DNA of 64,000 nt from Macrostomum lignano. Taxonomy: Eukaryota. The stretch covers positions 124,001-188,000 of the forward strand of contig NIVC01001564.1 of assembly GCA_002269645.1 (NCBI GenBank), given 5' to 3'. Both the position numbers and the translations under genes were made by a program. The notes below the pieces were generated by a model. The model searched no databases. It was given only the letters and a program-made list of their open reading frames with translations, and was not told the DNA's origin. This document shows positions 1 through 16,590 of this stretch, piece after piece (position 1 is the stretch's first letter; every line of letters begins with the position of its first letter).

Positions 1-509
1 TAGCAATCATCGTACAGTGAATATCGCTGATGGCCAGCTTCATCGCCAGCACTCGGTACTCGGCGAGGTCACCTCACTGGAGCTCCCAGCCGGAGTCTGC
101 GGCCACAGCAGTCACCATGACAGCAGAGAATGAATGCATGGCGTTACTGGACAAGAAACTTCTTCAGATTGATATGAACTTGGAACTGCTTGTTCTTTCG
201 GTTTTCTGCAGCAAAGATAGATATGCGTTTTGAGCCTCACGGATAGCACCGTTTTATATCAAAACTGCCCAGTGCCGTGTCGCCTACCAGCATTTTTGAG
301 CGTGCATTCCGTAATTGACCAAGACAGGCAGTTTACCAATCTATTATCTTGAGTAGCTTGCCCCGTTAGGAATCCGGATTTTCAAGATCTGTCAACAGGA
401 ATATGAGATACTTCCAGGATCAGAGAGCAGTTGGCGATTTATTTACTATATTTTTATTACATCATGCGCAACTGAAGCAGAAAGAATCTGCATTCGATTT
501 TTTAAGAAA

Positions 510-640
510 TGAGCTGCATGTGGAGGCCGTTAAGTTAAGTGTCTTGCGCTCAAGGACACAAATTTTTTCAGTAGGATCGGAAATCGAACCCCGACCTTCA
601 AGTCATGAGTTCGACGCTCTAACCACTAGGCTACAACCCC
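510..640 (-). mobile_element. tRNA-derived SINE (5' portion) with CORE/Meta-like central domain
   Basis: The minus strand reads GGGGTTGTAGCCTAGTGGTTAGAGCG (A box) ... GGTTCGATTTCC (B box), followed by TTGTGTCCTTGAGCGCAAGACACTTAAC. A related copy lies at 32250-32418. The anticodon stem does not pair well, so this is not a true tRNA. Confidence 0.7.
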
Positions 641-921
641 CTAGCAGTTCTCTGCAGTTGCTAAGGAACTGCGTGCATGAAAAGAATTGATTTTGAATGA
701 TCAATTTGAGAAATTGACGAGCGAACGAACAGAGACACAAACTCCCCTTGAGCAGCCTTGAGAAATGTCTTGAACGAGTCTAACAGTCTAGATGGAGCTG
801 AGATCAGTCTCCTTTTTGGTGTTTCAATTTTTTTTACGAACAAACACAGGGACCTAATTGTCTTAGCATACAATATTTTTGCTAGAATAAATATATAACA
901 AAGGAGACTTTCTAACTCCAG

Positions 922-2065
922 ATTTTATACCGAGAGCACCTTGAATCGCATACAACAGTTTGGGGCAGTAGCTAATGCCCTTTTATGCCAATTAACCAAA
1001 GTGGATTTTGATTCCAAAGTGGAGGAAGCGGTTTATAAATTGACTGCAGGTGATACAGGTACGTGTGACCTTAGCCCAGCAGGATATTGTGTATAAACAG
1101 CCTTACCGGATCAAAGCAGCTGTTGTTGCAGTTTATTAATTAAATAGGCCAAAGTTCCTGATGATCCGAGATGTGTTTTTGTTCAATAAATACTGCTGAA
1201 TAATAAATAAATGAATAGGCAAACTTCTACATGCCAGACAAGCGCAAAATATGAAACATTTTTGGAATATGCAAAAAGCACAGTAATGAATCATGCAAAA
1301 TTGCTGTTTTCTTTACATGAAACTCGATTGCTTATCTGCCTTAACGACTGCCCCACCGATTGCCCCACCGGTTGCCCCACTAGTTGCTCCACCGGTTGTC
1401 CTACTAGTTGCTTCACCAGTTTTCCCACTAGTTGCTTTATCGGTTGTCCCACTAGTTGCCCCAACGGTTGAAATATTTCAAGCTAAAATTAAGCCGTTAA
1501 ATATTTAGCCAGTCAGTCAGTCACAGGCTTCAGTGTGTGCTGCTCTATGGCAATTTGCCATGGAAACAGTCCCAGCAAAACCGGTTGCTATGGAAACAGC
1601 GCCAAAAACAAACTCGGTTGCCATGGAAACAGCGCCAACAACAAACTCGGTTGCCATGGAAACAGACTCATCAGCACCGGTTGCCATTGAAACAGCCGAC
1701 TCGCGGCACCCCATCCCCAGCGATCGGCTCCGCCTCCCCGTGACGGAGCTGCGGAACGGCGCCCTGCAGTCGGCGCTGATGCTATCAGTGTTGAGTGGCC
1801 GTGCCGACCTCGCCGAGCGGCTGCTGTCGCTGGATCCGTCGCAGGTGCAGCGGTACTACGACAGCGGAGGGCGCAACCTGAGCCATCAGTGGCTGCGGCG
1901 GTGGTCGCCCGGCTACTGCGGCTGCTACAAGACAGCCGGACATTGGTGGCGGGGCTGCGGGCCTCCCTGACGATGCCTGACGGCGGCTGGCGAACGCCGG
2001 TGCAGGCGACGGTTCGACGGGACTCTCGGGAAAGAGAGAAGTTAGTAAAGGCTTTAGAAATTTAG
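922..2065 (+). CDS. Probable 3' end of an ankyrin-repeat gene: exons 922-1058 and 1696-2065, with a -1 frameshift near 1885
   Basis: Splice signals are CTAACTCCAG acceptor, CAG|GTACGT donor and AACAG acceptor, with compatible phase 1. The translation has ankyrin-like helices (QSALMLSVLSGRADLAERLL; GWRTPVQATV) and the last exon is GC-rich and coding-like. Confidence 0.45.
1348..1470. repeat. 12-bp minisatellite (CCACTAGTTGCC-like), intronic
   Basis: About 10 imperfect tandem units are visible. Confidence 0.85.
1555..1695. repeat. ~30-36-bp minisatellite with a TTGCCATGGAAACAG core, intronic
   Basis: The core is repeated 5 times. It explains the AMET repeats in ORF 1533..1970. Confidence 0.85.
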
Positions 2066-2451
2066 AAAGCACCTAAAAATCAATTGAAACGTTGCGAATA
2101 TTGATAGTTAATATCAATATTATTTTCTAACATTGGCGCAATTTTATAAACTTTTTTATGCTACTATGAGTAACTCAAGTCGTCGCGCTAAGATGCTACG
2201 CTAAGAGCGCGATTGAATTCTAGTGTAGCATGAGCATGGTGTAGAATTCGTCTCGTTGCAAACTGTCTTTGTGAAAGAAAAGTTTTCTAAAACTTGATTT
2301 AGTAAATTGATACACCTATATACTTTTTCAATTTTACGAGAAAATCTTTCACTCTTAGTTAATGAGATAGAGCGATTACCAGCCGTTGTATGTGTGCAAG
2401 CTACGAGCGTATAACGTAACAGTAACAGCTAATACTTAGTACCACGGCAAT

Positions 2452-2578
2452 TTCATGGCAGTTCCACGGAAATTCCATGGCAGTTCCATGGAAATTCGAT
2501 GGCAGTTCCACGGAAATTCCATGGCAGTTCCATGGAAATTCCATGGCAGTTCCACGGAAATTTCATGGCAATTCCATA
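2452..2578. repeat. 22-bp tandem repeat (TCCATGGCAGTTCCACGGAAAT) with internal palindromes
   Basis: About 6 units are visible. Confidence 0.9.
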
Positions 2579-3221
2579 GTCAGGCTTTAAAAGTTCATCC
2601 AAAACAAATCCAAGCAATTTCGAATGCGCAGGTGCCGATCTAGCTATGTTTATGCACAAAACCTACAAGGTACAACTGTTCAAATAAAATGTATCGTTAA
2701 AATGATCTTCTTAGTTTTAGATCGAAACAAAAATATTTTGCTGGAAATTTCCATGCGAATTTTTTTAATTTACTTTGGCAATCCCTCAAGTAAATTTCAC
2801 GGCCTCTTAGCTCTCTTAGCAGAATGTCAAACCCCGTTCTGTTCGAGAAGGTGGAGCGTACAAGCGCAGTGTACTGTACACTAACCTGTCCAGTCCATTG
2901 TGCGCATAAAGTGTGCAATCCAATTGTCTGTTCTCCAAGGAATGAAAAACATACGAGTCCCGAGGCCATGCAGTCATTATTATTTAAAGCTGCCGCCTAT
3001 TTTTTATATCATCAATTTTATACTAAGCACCAAATTATAAACATCTGCCAAGATACTACCTTGTACGATTGTTTACTACCTTGTAGACAGTCAATGTTCC
3101 TACAGACAAAGCAAAACAGTCACATAGAAGACCTTGATATTTCATGTCGTTTTCATAGCATAAATGTCTCACTCTGGCATTCCCAAGTCAATTCCACGGC
3201 CTTTTCGCTCTCCAGCCGCCA

Positions 3222-5113
3222 ATGTCGACCCCCGGACTGTCCGAGAAGGCTTCGCTGGCCCAGCCGGCGGACGAGAAGGCCGTGCCGCCTCAGCTGCGCT
3301 GCAACAGCTGCTCCAAGCCGGTGTTCAACGCCTTCCAGACTCCTCACGGCTGCCGCATCTGCCAGTCCTGCGTGCAGGCCAAGCTGCACCCCACCGAGAG
3401 GCGCCTCTGCCCCGGAACCACCGAGGCCTGCAAGGATGAGGATGAGGAGATCCGCATCTGCCAGTCCAGCTGCGTGCCCGACATCGCCACGAGACGGGAG
3501 ATCAGCAAGCTGACCGTGTTCTGCCCCAATAGAGACGGAGGCTGCAAGGACCAGATGAAGTGGAGGGAGGTGGACACTCACCTGGAAAAGTGCGAATACG
3601 AGAAGGTCAGCTGCGAGTTGTGCCGGGACTCGATACTGAAGAAGAGACTCAAGTCCCACCTCAGTGACGAGTGTCGGAACGACGGGTGACCTGCGGTTTG
3701 TGCCAGCAGTCGGTGGTGCACAGCGAGATGGAGAAGAGCCACAGGAACCTGGACTCGGCCACGTGCTGTCCGAGATACACAGACTACTGTCCGTTCTGCA
3801 AAGACAAGTCCAGGAAGCTGAACCGCAAGGACTTTGTTGAACACCTAAAAACTTGTCCAGACAAACCGAACGAGTGCAAGTACAGCCACCTGGGCTGCGA
3901 GAGAAAAGCCAGAAAGTCGGACCTTGAGAAGCACTACAGAGACGAAGTCGACCATCATTTGACGCTTTTGGACTCGAAGCTGAGGCAGGTGGCCTCCGGT
4001 CCGAGATTTGCACCGCCGACTGCTGCGACTGCCGCAGCCACCGTCGTTCCCGCCGGAGGCACCGGAGAGGTGGAGGAGGTGAAGCGGAAGGTGGCCGACA
4101 TTCATGACCACTTCAAGAAGCTGCAGGTGAATGTAGCGAACTGGGCTCACACCACGCTTGAGTTTGAGCAGATGGCTGACAAATTCGGGGGCATCTCGCA
4201 AATGCGACAGTTCTTGAAGAACTTAGATGAGAAAATCAGACAGATGGAGACACCTGGAGTGGAAGAGCAACGATGGGTGACCTGTGATTTGTGCAAGAAA
4301 GAATTACTGCACAGCGATATGGAGTCAATCCACAGGAACCTGGACTCGGCCACGTGCTGTCCGAGATACACAGACTACTGTCCGTTCTGCAAAGACAAGT
4401 CCAGGAAGCTGAACCGCAAGGACTTTGTTGAGCATGCAAAAATATGTTCAAAATATACTGTTACAATCTCCGGTTTACTTCAGTACCTACAAGACATAGG
4501 CACTCGGCTGCGACTGACTTCTAACTTGAGCAATGCTGAAGGCACTGTCGATGCGAGCTCTTCAATGGTGCAGCAGAAGCTGAATGAGATCGAGTTCCGA
4601 CTGCTGAATCTCGAAGGCACGAGCTATGACGGGTTTCTGGTGTGGAAGGTGAGCAACTTCACCAAGAGGCGGCGGGAGGCCATGGACAAGCGGGTGACCA
4701 GCATTTTCTCCCAGCCCTTCCTTTCGCGTCACCAGGATTTCAAGTTCAGAGTTCGCCTCTTCCTCAACGGCAACAAGTCCGGTAAAGGAACTCACGTGTC
4801 GGTGTACCTGGTGCTCATGCAGCACGAGTTCGATGACATCCAGGAGTGGCCGCTGAAGGCGACCGTCTCCTTCAAGATGGTCAACCTGAGGAATCGCGCT
4901 GACGATGTAGCCAAGACGGTGAGATTCGACTCTGGCAATCAGAGACCGTCTGGCCGGGAGGACCTGTCGGTGTGCTGTGGTGAAGCCAAGTTCATGAGCA
5001 TCAGCCAGTTCAAGAACTCGGACCGGTTCGTCAAGAATGACAGCTTCTACCTGGAGGTTGACGTAGCCGTGGATGGCGAGAGCGGCCAGGGGCGCAGGGG
5101 AAGGAGGAAGTAG
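3222..5113 (+). CDS. TRAF-family protein (RING, TRAF zinc fingers, coiled coil, duplicated zinc finger, MATH/TRAF-C); intronless, with one -1 frameshift near 3680
   Basis: ORF 3222..3689 has a RING-like CNSC..H.CRICQSC and the motif D...RREI..L.VFCPN..GC. ORF 3671..5113 has zinc fingers and a MATH domain (SYDGFLVWKVSNF, SIFSQPF, GTHVSVYLVLM, WP). Confidence 0.92.
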
Positions 5114-5379
5114 CCGCTTGTTGAGTCAGGCTTTATCCAACATTATGCCGGCCGATTGTTGACTACTAAGTATCAATTACTGCTTTCTTTAGTTCAATTT
5201 CAACTAGATTTGTCACTCTATTTAAGTTTTATGATCAAATCGGTCGTCGACGGTCTAGTAGCTACGCTTGCATTATATCATTAATTTTTTGCTTATTTTT
5301 TCTGTGTTAGAAGAAATACGCGTAAAATGAATGACTTCTAATTGATTTTTTCTTGCCAACAACTTGGATAGCGTTTTTA

Positions 5380-6658
5380 CGACGGCTGAGCAATAAGTTT
5401 CCGGATGTGCGCAGACTGAAATAGTTAGAGAGAAAAAACAGTTACATCTTTTCAAAGTACTCTCCAGCAGATTCGATGCAAATTTTCATGCGCTCAAACC
5501 ACTTGCTGAAGCAGCTGGACCAATCTGAAGCAGGCACCTTCTCCACATGCCGGATGAAGGCCTCCACTGCAGCTCCTGGTGATCCATAGCGGATTCCACG
5601 CATCCTGCGCTTGATTTTGGAAACACAAAAAAGTCGCAGGGGGCCAGGTCGGGGCTGTAGGGTGGATGACCGAGCTCTTGAATGCGCTCTCCGGCCAGAA
5701 ACTCCGCCACCTGTCGAGCCTTGTGGGCCGGGGCGTTGTCGTGATGGAGAAGGATGCCCCGAGCTCGAGTCCTTGGGCGACGCCTGGAGAGAGCGCTCAG
5801 CACTTGTGGCAGGCAAACGTTGGCGTACCAGTTACTGGTGACTGTGCGCTGCTGCACGAGTGGAACCGTGGCCAGATGACCAGTTTTCGCCACAAAAACG
5901 GCTACCATCTGCTTCGCCACGCTGCGCTCTCGCCGAAGCTTGTTGGATGGTGGGGTGCCGCCAACTGGAGTCCACTGGGCCGACTGCTGCTTAGTCTCCG
6001 GGTCGAAACTATAGATCCAGGACTTTTCACCACTGACGATATCCCAGACCGAGTTTGAGCTGCCTCCGTTGAATCTGTCAAGCATGGTGCGGCACCAGGT
6101 CACCCGAGCCTCCTGCTCCGGAGCCAGCTGATGAGGCACCCAGCGTGCAGAAATCTTGCTCAGGTTGAGCTGTGCAAATGCAGGATCGTCCTGATGGATC
6201 CTGATGTGATGCCCATCTGTGCCTCTATCTGGGCCACAGTCACTCGGGCATCATCCTCAACCATGGCCCGGACAGCAGCAACATTATCCTCAGTCGTTGC
6301 GGAGACAGACCAGCCGCTGCGCTCCTCATCATCCAGACTCTGCCTGCCGGGATCTAGATGGTGCTTCATCCCCAAAAAGCTCCTTGCAATCGCTCAAGAC
6401 TTTCTTGCTGACGCAAACCACTTTTAAAATCGTAATAAAATCATTGCTCTAAAATGACTCCTATTGAGCTCAATTGTGAATTTGATTGATAGAGTGGGTA
6501 TGCTAGCTTGGTTTGGATGCTGCACTGGCTAAAAATGACCAGTGTGTCTGAAATTTTACAAACATTGTACTTATATAATGTACTTGACACCTATGGTGTC
6601 AGATTTTGTCAGCCGCCTTTCAACTATGCACATCCAGAAACTTATTGCTCAGCCCTCG
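5380..6658 (-). mobile_element. Mariner (DD34D) DNA transposon, frameshifted, with an internal ~30-bp deletion
   Basis: TA target duplications at 5378-79 and 6659-60, 31-bp TIRs CGAGGGCTGAGCAATAAGTTTC(C/T)GGATGTGC, and transposase motifs LHHDNAPAH and PYSPDLAPCDF. Confidence 0.95.
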
Positions 6659-7878
6659 TAATCCAAAAAATTATATATACTTCGGTATTAATTCACATGT
6701 TAATTGTGTGACTTCAATTATTTTTTATTCGCTATTACAATTGACAGGCAAAATTATAGGATGATGATGATGTAATGTCCATTTGGGTTTCCAGTATAAA
6801 AACTGGCAGTCTAAAACTTGAATTATGTTATACGAGCTAGATTGATGTCGGATATTGTTTAAACGTAGTATTTGTTGTAGCGAACTCACCGAAGCTTTAA
6901 CTAGTTAGTTAATTCCGGTAAATACAGGTCAAACCTTAGAGATTTAGTATATTGTGATGATTTTTCCTGTTTCACTATCTTAAACTATTCAGTAAAAATG
7001 AGTAGTCATGTACAATTTTATTTCTGCTTTTCATTTCACTAGCGCACTCTCTCAAATATGCACTATAAAGCAATGAAACTGATTTAGCTACTTATTCTAT
7101 GGTGCTCTTGTTGTTTTTTGTTCATTGTCTTGTTTATTTTACTTTGCTGTAGATGTCTTGGTTATTTACCTATATCCTACTGACATTGCTGAGTCCTGAC
7201 TGAGTTATATATGAGCCGATTATTGATTATCGATTTATTTGATTGAAAAACAAACGCTCGATTCCAAGTGCAGTCACAATTATTTGGGGTTAAACTGAAA
7301 TCTCAGTTTGTGATTGTGATTGTGAAGTGTACATGCCTAACGATAAATAAAGTTAGGGCCGCCGTACACTCCTGTGTGTGTGCCTGTGCGTATGACTGCG
7401 TACGTATCCGCGCGCTTGTGTGCCTGATCAGGGGAGTCGGCGGAATGGACAGTCAGCAATGCCTCTCGCCGGTTGTGTGACAATGTCGCTTAATGTACAC
7501 CAGGGCGCACACAGACCCCTGCCTCTAAAAATGGTTTGTAAGAAACAATCTGTGGTAAAATTTGCTTAAAATATTTGTTAAAACTACAAACAGTAAAATA
7601 AAAAATAAATAAACTTTTTTTGTTTTTTTTTGTTGGTAATGTTGAATTTAGACCAGGGTTGATTTATTAAGTTGCAAAGAAACAGTCAGACCGGTAAACA
7701 CAGGTGTCAACATGTACATAGCAAAGTTGTTTAATTGTAGAGCAATATTTTATAAGCAACGCTAATTAAAAAAACAGCACACGGGACACGCGCGGAAAAG
7801 TCTTCTAACCGTGGTCGAACCATTGACGCAGATAAAATGCAGAAGTAACTTAGTTAAACCGAAACTCTCTACCCACAT

Positions 7879-7967
7879 TCAGCTCTCATCGTCGCTGTCC
7901 TTTGCCAGACTGCCGAGCACCTCCGAGGGCACGGGCAGCTCAGAGATCTCAATGTTTTCTCCGCCAC
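7879..7967 (-). CDS. XAB2: Duplicate of the SYF1/XAB2 terminal exon (GGGENIEISELPVPSEVLGSLAKDSDDES*)
   Basis: Identical to 17810-17898, with an intact TGCACAG acceptor and TGA stop. Confidence 0.8.
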
Positions 7968-8139
7968 CTGTGCAATGAATTGTTCAATGGAATTATTAAT
8001 TAGGCAATATTTTTGACTTTATATTTTAAAACAAGCAATGCACGCGGATTGCACTACTTGTATAGTAGAAATACAAGAAAATAACGCTCGTACAAATGGA
8101 AATAAAATCCGTATTACAGTATAAAATGCGATCTCATTG

Positions 8140-8575
8140 GGATTAATGAAGGGAAATTCTCAATGAGATTCTCAGGCATTCAAAGACAATTCTCACTGAG
8201 ATCTAAAGACGATTCTCAATGAGATTCTCAGATATTGAAAGACGATTCCTCAGGTATTCAAAAACAAATCTCAATGAGATTCTCAGTTATTCAAAGACGA
8301 TTCTCAGTGAGATTCTCAGGTATTCAAAGACGATTCTCAATGAGATTCCTCAGGTATTCAAAGACGATTCTCAATGAGATTCCTCAGGTATTCAAAAACG
8401 ATTCTCAATAAGATTCTCAGGTTTTCAGAAGATTCTCAATGAGATTCTCAGGTATTCAAAAGACGATTCTCAATAAGATTCCTCAGGTATTCAAAAGACG
8501 ATTCTTAATGAGATTCTCAGACATTCAAAGACGATTCTTAAAGAGATCTAAAGACGATTCTCAATGAGATTCTCA
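8140..8575. repeat. ~33-bp minisatellite (GATTCTCAATGAGATTCTCAGGTATTCAAAGAC) in the duplicated last intron
   Basis: Tandem units are visible, and the same array occurs at 18070-18505. Confidence 0.9.
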
Positions 8576-8649
8576 ATCAGTCAAAAATGATTTTGAATGA
8601 GATCTTTTTAAAAAAAGTCTTTGAAGAAACCAAACCCCAACCCACTCAC

Positions 8650-9305
8650 CATCGCTATCCTCTCCAGCCTCCTCCATCACTTCTCCGCCAGCGTCGCTAT
8701 CCTCAGAGTCATCATCATCGCCGCCAATCTGGAGCTCCTCCGGATTCGCCTTGCCGCCAGCTCCGTTGCTATTGGCAACGCCAGAGGCGGCCGACTCCGA
8801 GGCAGCAGGCGCAGTTCGCATAACCCCGGCGGGTTGTTCCTGATCTTTGCCGCGTACAAATAAAATTCCTTTAGGCTGAGCAGACTGGTGCTGCTGCTGC
8901 TCAAGAGCTCGCATCGGATCGCTGCTCGAAGGGCCGGCAGAGTCGTCAGCCTGATCGTCCGAGTCGGCTGAACCAGCCGCAGCGGCCGCCGCAGCCGTAT
9001 AATTGAGCTGAGTACTGAACGCCGCAGTCACTGACCGTTTCACCCTGAGCATCTCTCTGAGCGTCTCTTCGCTGCCGTTGGCAATCTCGAATTCTTGCCA
9101 GGCGTGCCAGAACTGCTCGTGCAGCCGCGGGTCGCAAATCTGGGCGCAGTAGGCGTAGACGGACCTGGCCCGGTCCACTTCGCCTAGGCGGGTCTCCAGC
9201 TCGGCGAAGCGCAGGCAGAACTCTCTGGCCTCGGCGTCTGGCAGAGATTCGATGGCTTTCTCGTACACTGCTCGGGTGTGAGTGACGCCTAGCAGTTCCG
9301 CGACC
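8650..9305 (-). CDS. XAB2: Duplicate of the SYF1/XAB2 penultimate exon (656 nt, frame intact)
   Basis: CCCGCAG acceptor and G|GTGAGT donor are intact. The translation AELLGVTHTRAVYEKAI... matches the XAB2 C-terminal HAT repeats. Confidence 0.85.
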
Positions 9306-9369
9306 CTGCGGGACGGTTTTGTGGTTTGGGTGTGTATAGTTAGTTGGTTAATAAGTAAGTCAGTCATTT

Positions 9370-9422
9370 CTGTTTGTTTGTCTGTCTGTCTGTCTGTCTG
9401 TCCTCGTGTCTGTCTGTCCTCG

Positions 9423-9459
<37 letters not shown>

Positions 9460-9462
9460 TCG

Positions 9463-9540
<78 letters not shown>

Positions 9541-9652
9541 GTTGTCTGTCTGTCTGTCTTCGAGTCTGTCTCTCTGTCTTCGTGTCAGTCAGTCAGTCAG
9601 TCAGTCAGTCAGTCAGTCAGTCAGTCAGTCAGTCAGTCAGTCAGTCAGTCAG
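9370..9652. repeat. Compound microsatellite (TCTG)n then (TCAG)n
   Basis: Directly visible in the sequence. Confidence 0.97.
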
Positions 9653-10224
9653 GGGGCAAACGGCAACTTAAACCGAGGGACTCTGTGACATCCGCCAGCT
9701 TTTCGTTTTTCGAGGAGGCTCTTCCCCCTCCTTTTCGTTCTGGCCTGGCGTGGAAGCGGCTAGCTTCCTCGTCTTGGTCTGCTGGTGGGGGACGGATCAA
9801 CCCCTGCTGCTTTTTTGCGGGGCAGGTGGCTGCTAAGTAGTTGGCTGCTGGCTAAGCGCCAACTACCCATCGACAGCCCTTAGTTGCAACTGGTACCACA
9901 CGGGTTCTCGAGGGCCGCTCTTGTGGGGGAGGGCTCGGGCGTCGGCTGTCAACTCGACCTGGCGCCTGTGTCCCAAGCCCGCAGCCGGCCTCCCGCCCCC
10001 TGATCTTGCAGAGTGTGGACCGGGGGCCTGCCGGAGCCTCGCCTGGGAGCAATCCTGGGATAAGACGGCAACCCAAAGCTTCTCTGCTGTTTACCGTGGC
10101 AGAGGGTAGCTCCACGGAGCTGGCTGGGGGTATATCCAGTCCCCGAGCGGTTACCCCCCCTCTTTTCTACATTTCAGTTTTTCCATTTCAGCCTACTCTG
10201 CATGGATAAATCAAAACCACCTGA

Positions 10225-14940
<4,716 letters not shown>

Positions 14941-15280
14941 TCCTTGTGCTCTTTTACCTTGGGGTTGCGATAGGGGCCTCGCGGCCTATTCGCGGCGCCT
15001 GCGCCCCCCGTCAGTAGTAAGTAAGTAAGTAAGTTATCTGATATTATGCCGGCCTATTTTTGACTACTAGTATCAATTACTGCTTTCTTTAGTTCAATTT
15101 CAACTAGATTTGTCACTCTATTCAAGTTTTATGATCAAATCGGTCGTCGACGGTCTAGTAGCTACGCTTGCATTATATCATTAAATTTTTTGCTTATTTT
15201 TTCTGTGCTAGGAGAAATACGCGTAAAATGAATGACTTCTAATTGATTTTTTCTTGCCAACAACTTGGATAGCGTTTTTA

Positions 15281-16590
15281 CGAGGGCTGAGCAATAAGTT
15301 TCCGGATGTGCCCAGATAGAAATAGTTAGAGAGAAAAAAACAGTTACATCTTTTCAAAGTACTCTCCAGCAGATTCAATGCAAATTTTCATGCACTCAAA
15401 CCACTTGCTGAAGCAGCTGGACCAATCTGAAGCAGGCACCTTCTCCACATGCTGGATGAAGGCCTCCACTGCAGCTCCTGGTGATCCATAGCGGATTCCA
15501 CGCATCCTGCGCTTGATTTGTGGAAGCACAAAAAAGTCGCAGGGGCCAGGTCGGGGCTGTAGGGTGGATGACCGAGCTCTTGAATGCGCTCTCCGGCCAG
15601 AAACTCCGCCACCTGTCGAGCCTTGTGGGCCGGGGCGTTGTCGTGATGGAGAAGGATGCCCCGAGCTCGAGTCCTTGGGCGACGCCTGGAGAGAGCGCTC
15701 AGCGCTTCTGGCAGGCAAACTTTGGCGTACCAGTCACTTTGACTGTGCGCTGCTGCACGAGTGGAACCGTGGCCAGATGACCAGTTTTCGCCACAAAAAC
15801 GGCCACCATCTGCTTCGCCACGCTGCGCTCTCGCCGAAGCTTGTTGGATGGTGGGGTGCCACCAACTGGAGTCCACTGGGCCGACTGCTGCTTAGTCTCC
15901 GGGTCGAAACTATAGATCCAGGACTTTTCACCACTGACGATATCCCAGACCGAGTTTGAGCTGCCTCCGTTGAATCTGTCAAGCATGGTGCGGAACCAGG
16001 TCACCCGAGCCTCCTTCTGCTCCGGAGTCAGCTGATGAGGCACCCGGCGTGCAGAAATCTTGCTCAGGTTGAGCTGCGAATGCAGGATCGTCCTGATGGA
16101 TCCTGATGAGATGCCCATCTCTGCCTCTATCTGGGCCACAGTCACTCGGGCATCATCCTCAACCATGGCCCGGACAGCAGCAACATTATCCTCGGTCGTT
16201 GCGGAGACAGACCAGCCGCTGCGCTCCTCATCATCCAGACTCTGCCTGCCGCGCCGAAATTCGGCAAACCAGTCAAAAACGGTGGATCTAGATGGTGCTT
16301 CATCCCCAAAAAGCTCCTGCAATCGCTTAAGACTTTATTGCTGACGCAAACAACTTTTAAGATCGTGATAAATCATTGCCCTAAAATGACTCCTATTGAG
16401 CTCCATTGTGAATTTGATAGATAGAGTGGGTATGCTAGCTTGGTTTGGGTGCTGCACTGGCTAAAAATGACCAGTGTGTCTGAAACTTTACAAACATTGT
16501 ACTTATATAATGTACTTGACACCTATGGTGTCAGATTTTGTCAGCCGCCTCTCAACTATGCACATCCAGAAACTTATTGCTCAGCCCTCG
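15281..16590 (-). mobile_element. Mariner (DD34D) DNA transposon, 1310 bp, with two -1 frameshifts
   Basis: TA TSDs at 15279-80 and 16591-92, the same TIRs as the first copy, an HTH region GDEAPSRSTVFDWFAEFRRGR and the motif HHDNAPAH. Confidence 0.95.

Larger units (their letters stand above)
5133..9652. repeat. Segmental duplication, copy 1 (mariner, SYF1 3' region, last two SYF1 exons, part of an intron)
   Basis: Colinear with 15034-~19430 at an offset of about 9.90-9.93 kb, and near-identical over long stretches. Confidence 0.95.

Noticed and set aside
1-233. GC-rich coding-like start of the window (ORF 30..233)
   Set aside because: No motif was recognisable in any frame, so it cannot be assigned.
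575-640. Possible tRNA-Met gene
   Set aside because: The A and B boxes are present, but the anticodon and acceptor stems do not pair and SINE body sequence follows.
3153-4013. 286-aa antisense ORF over TRAF (and similar antisense ORFs over the LINE, SYF1 and Gypsy)
   Set aside because: These are shadow ORFs expected from GC-rich coding sequence.
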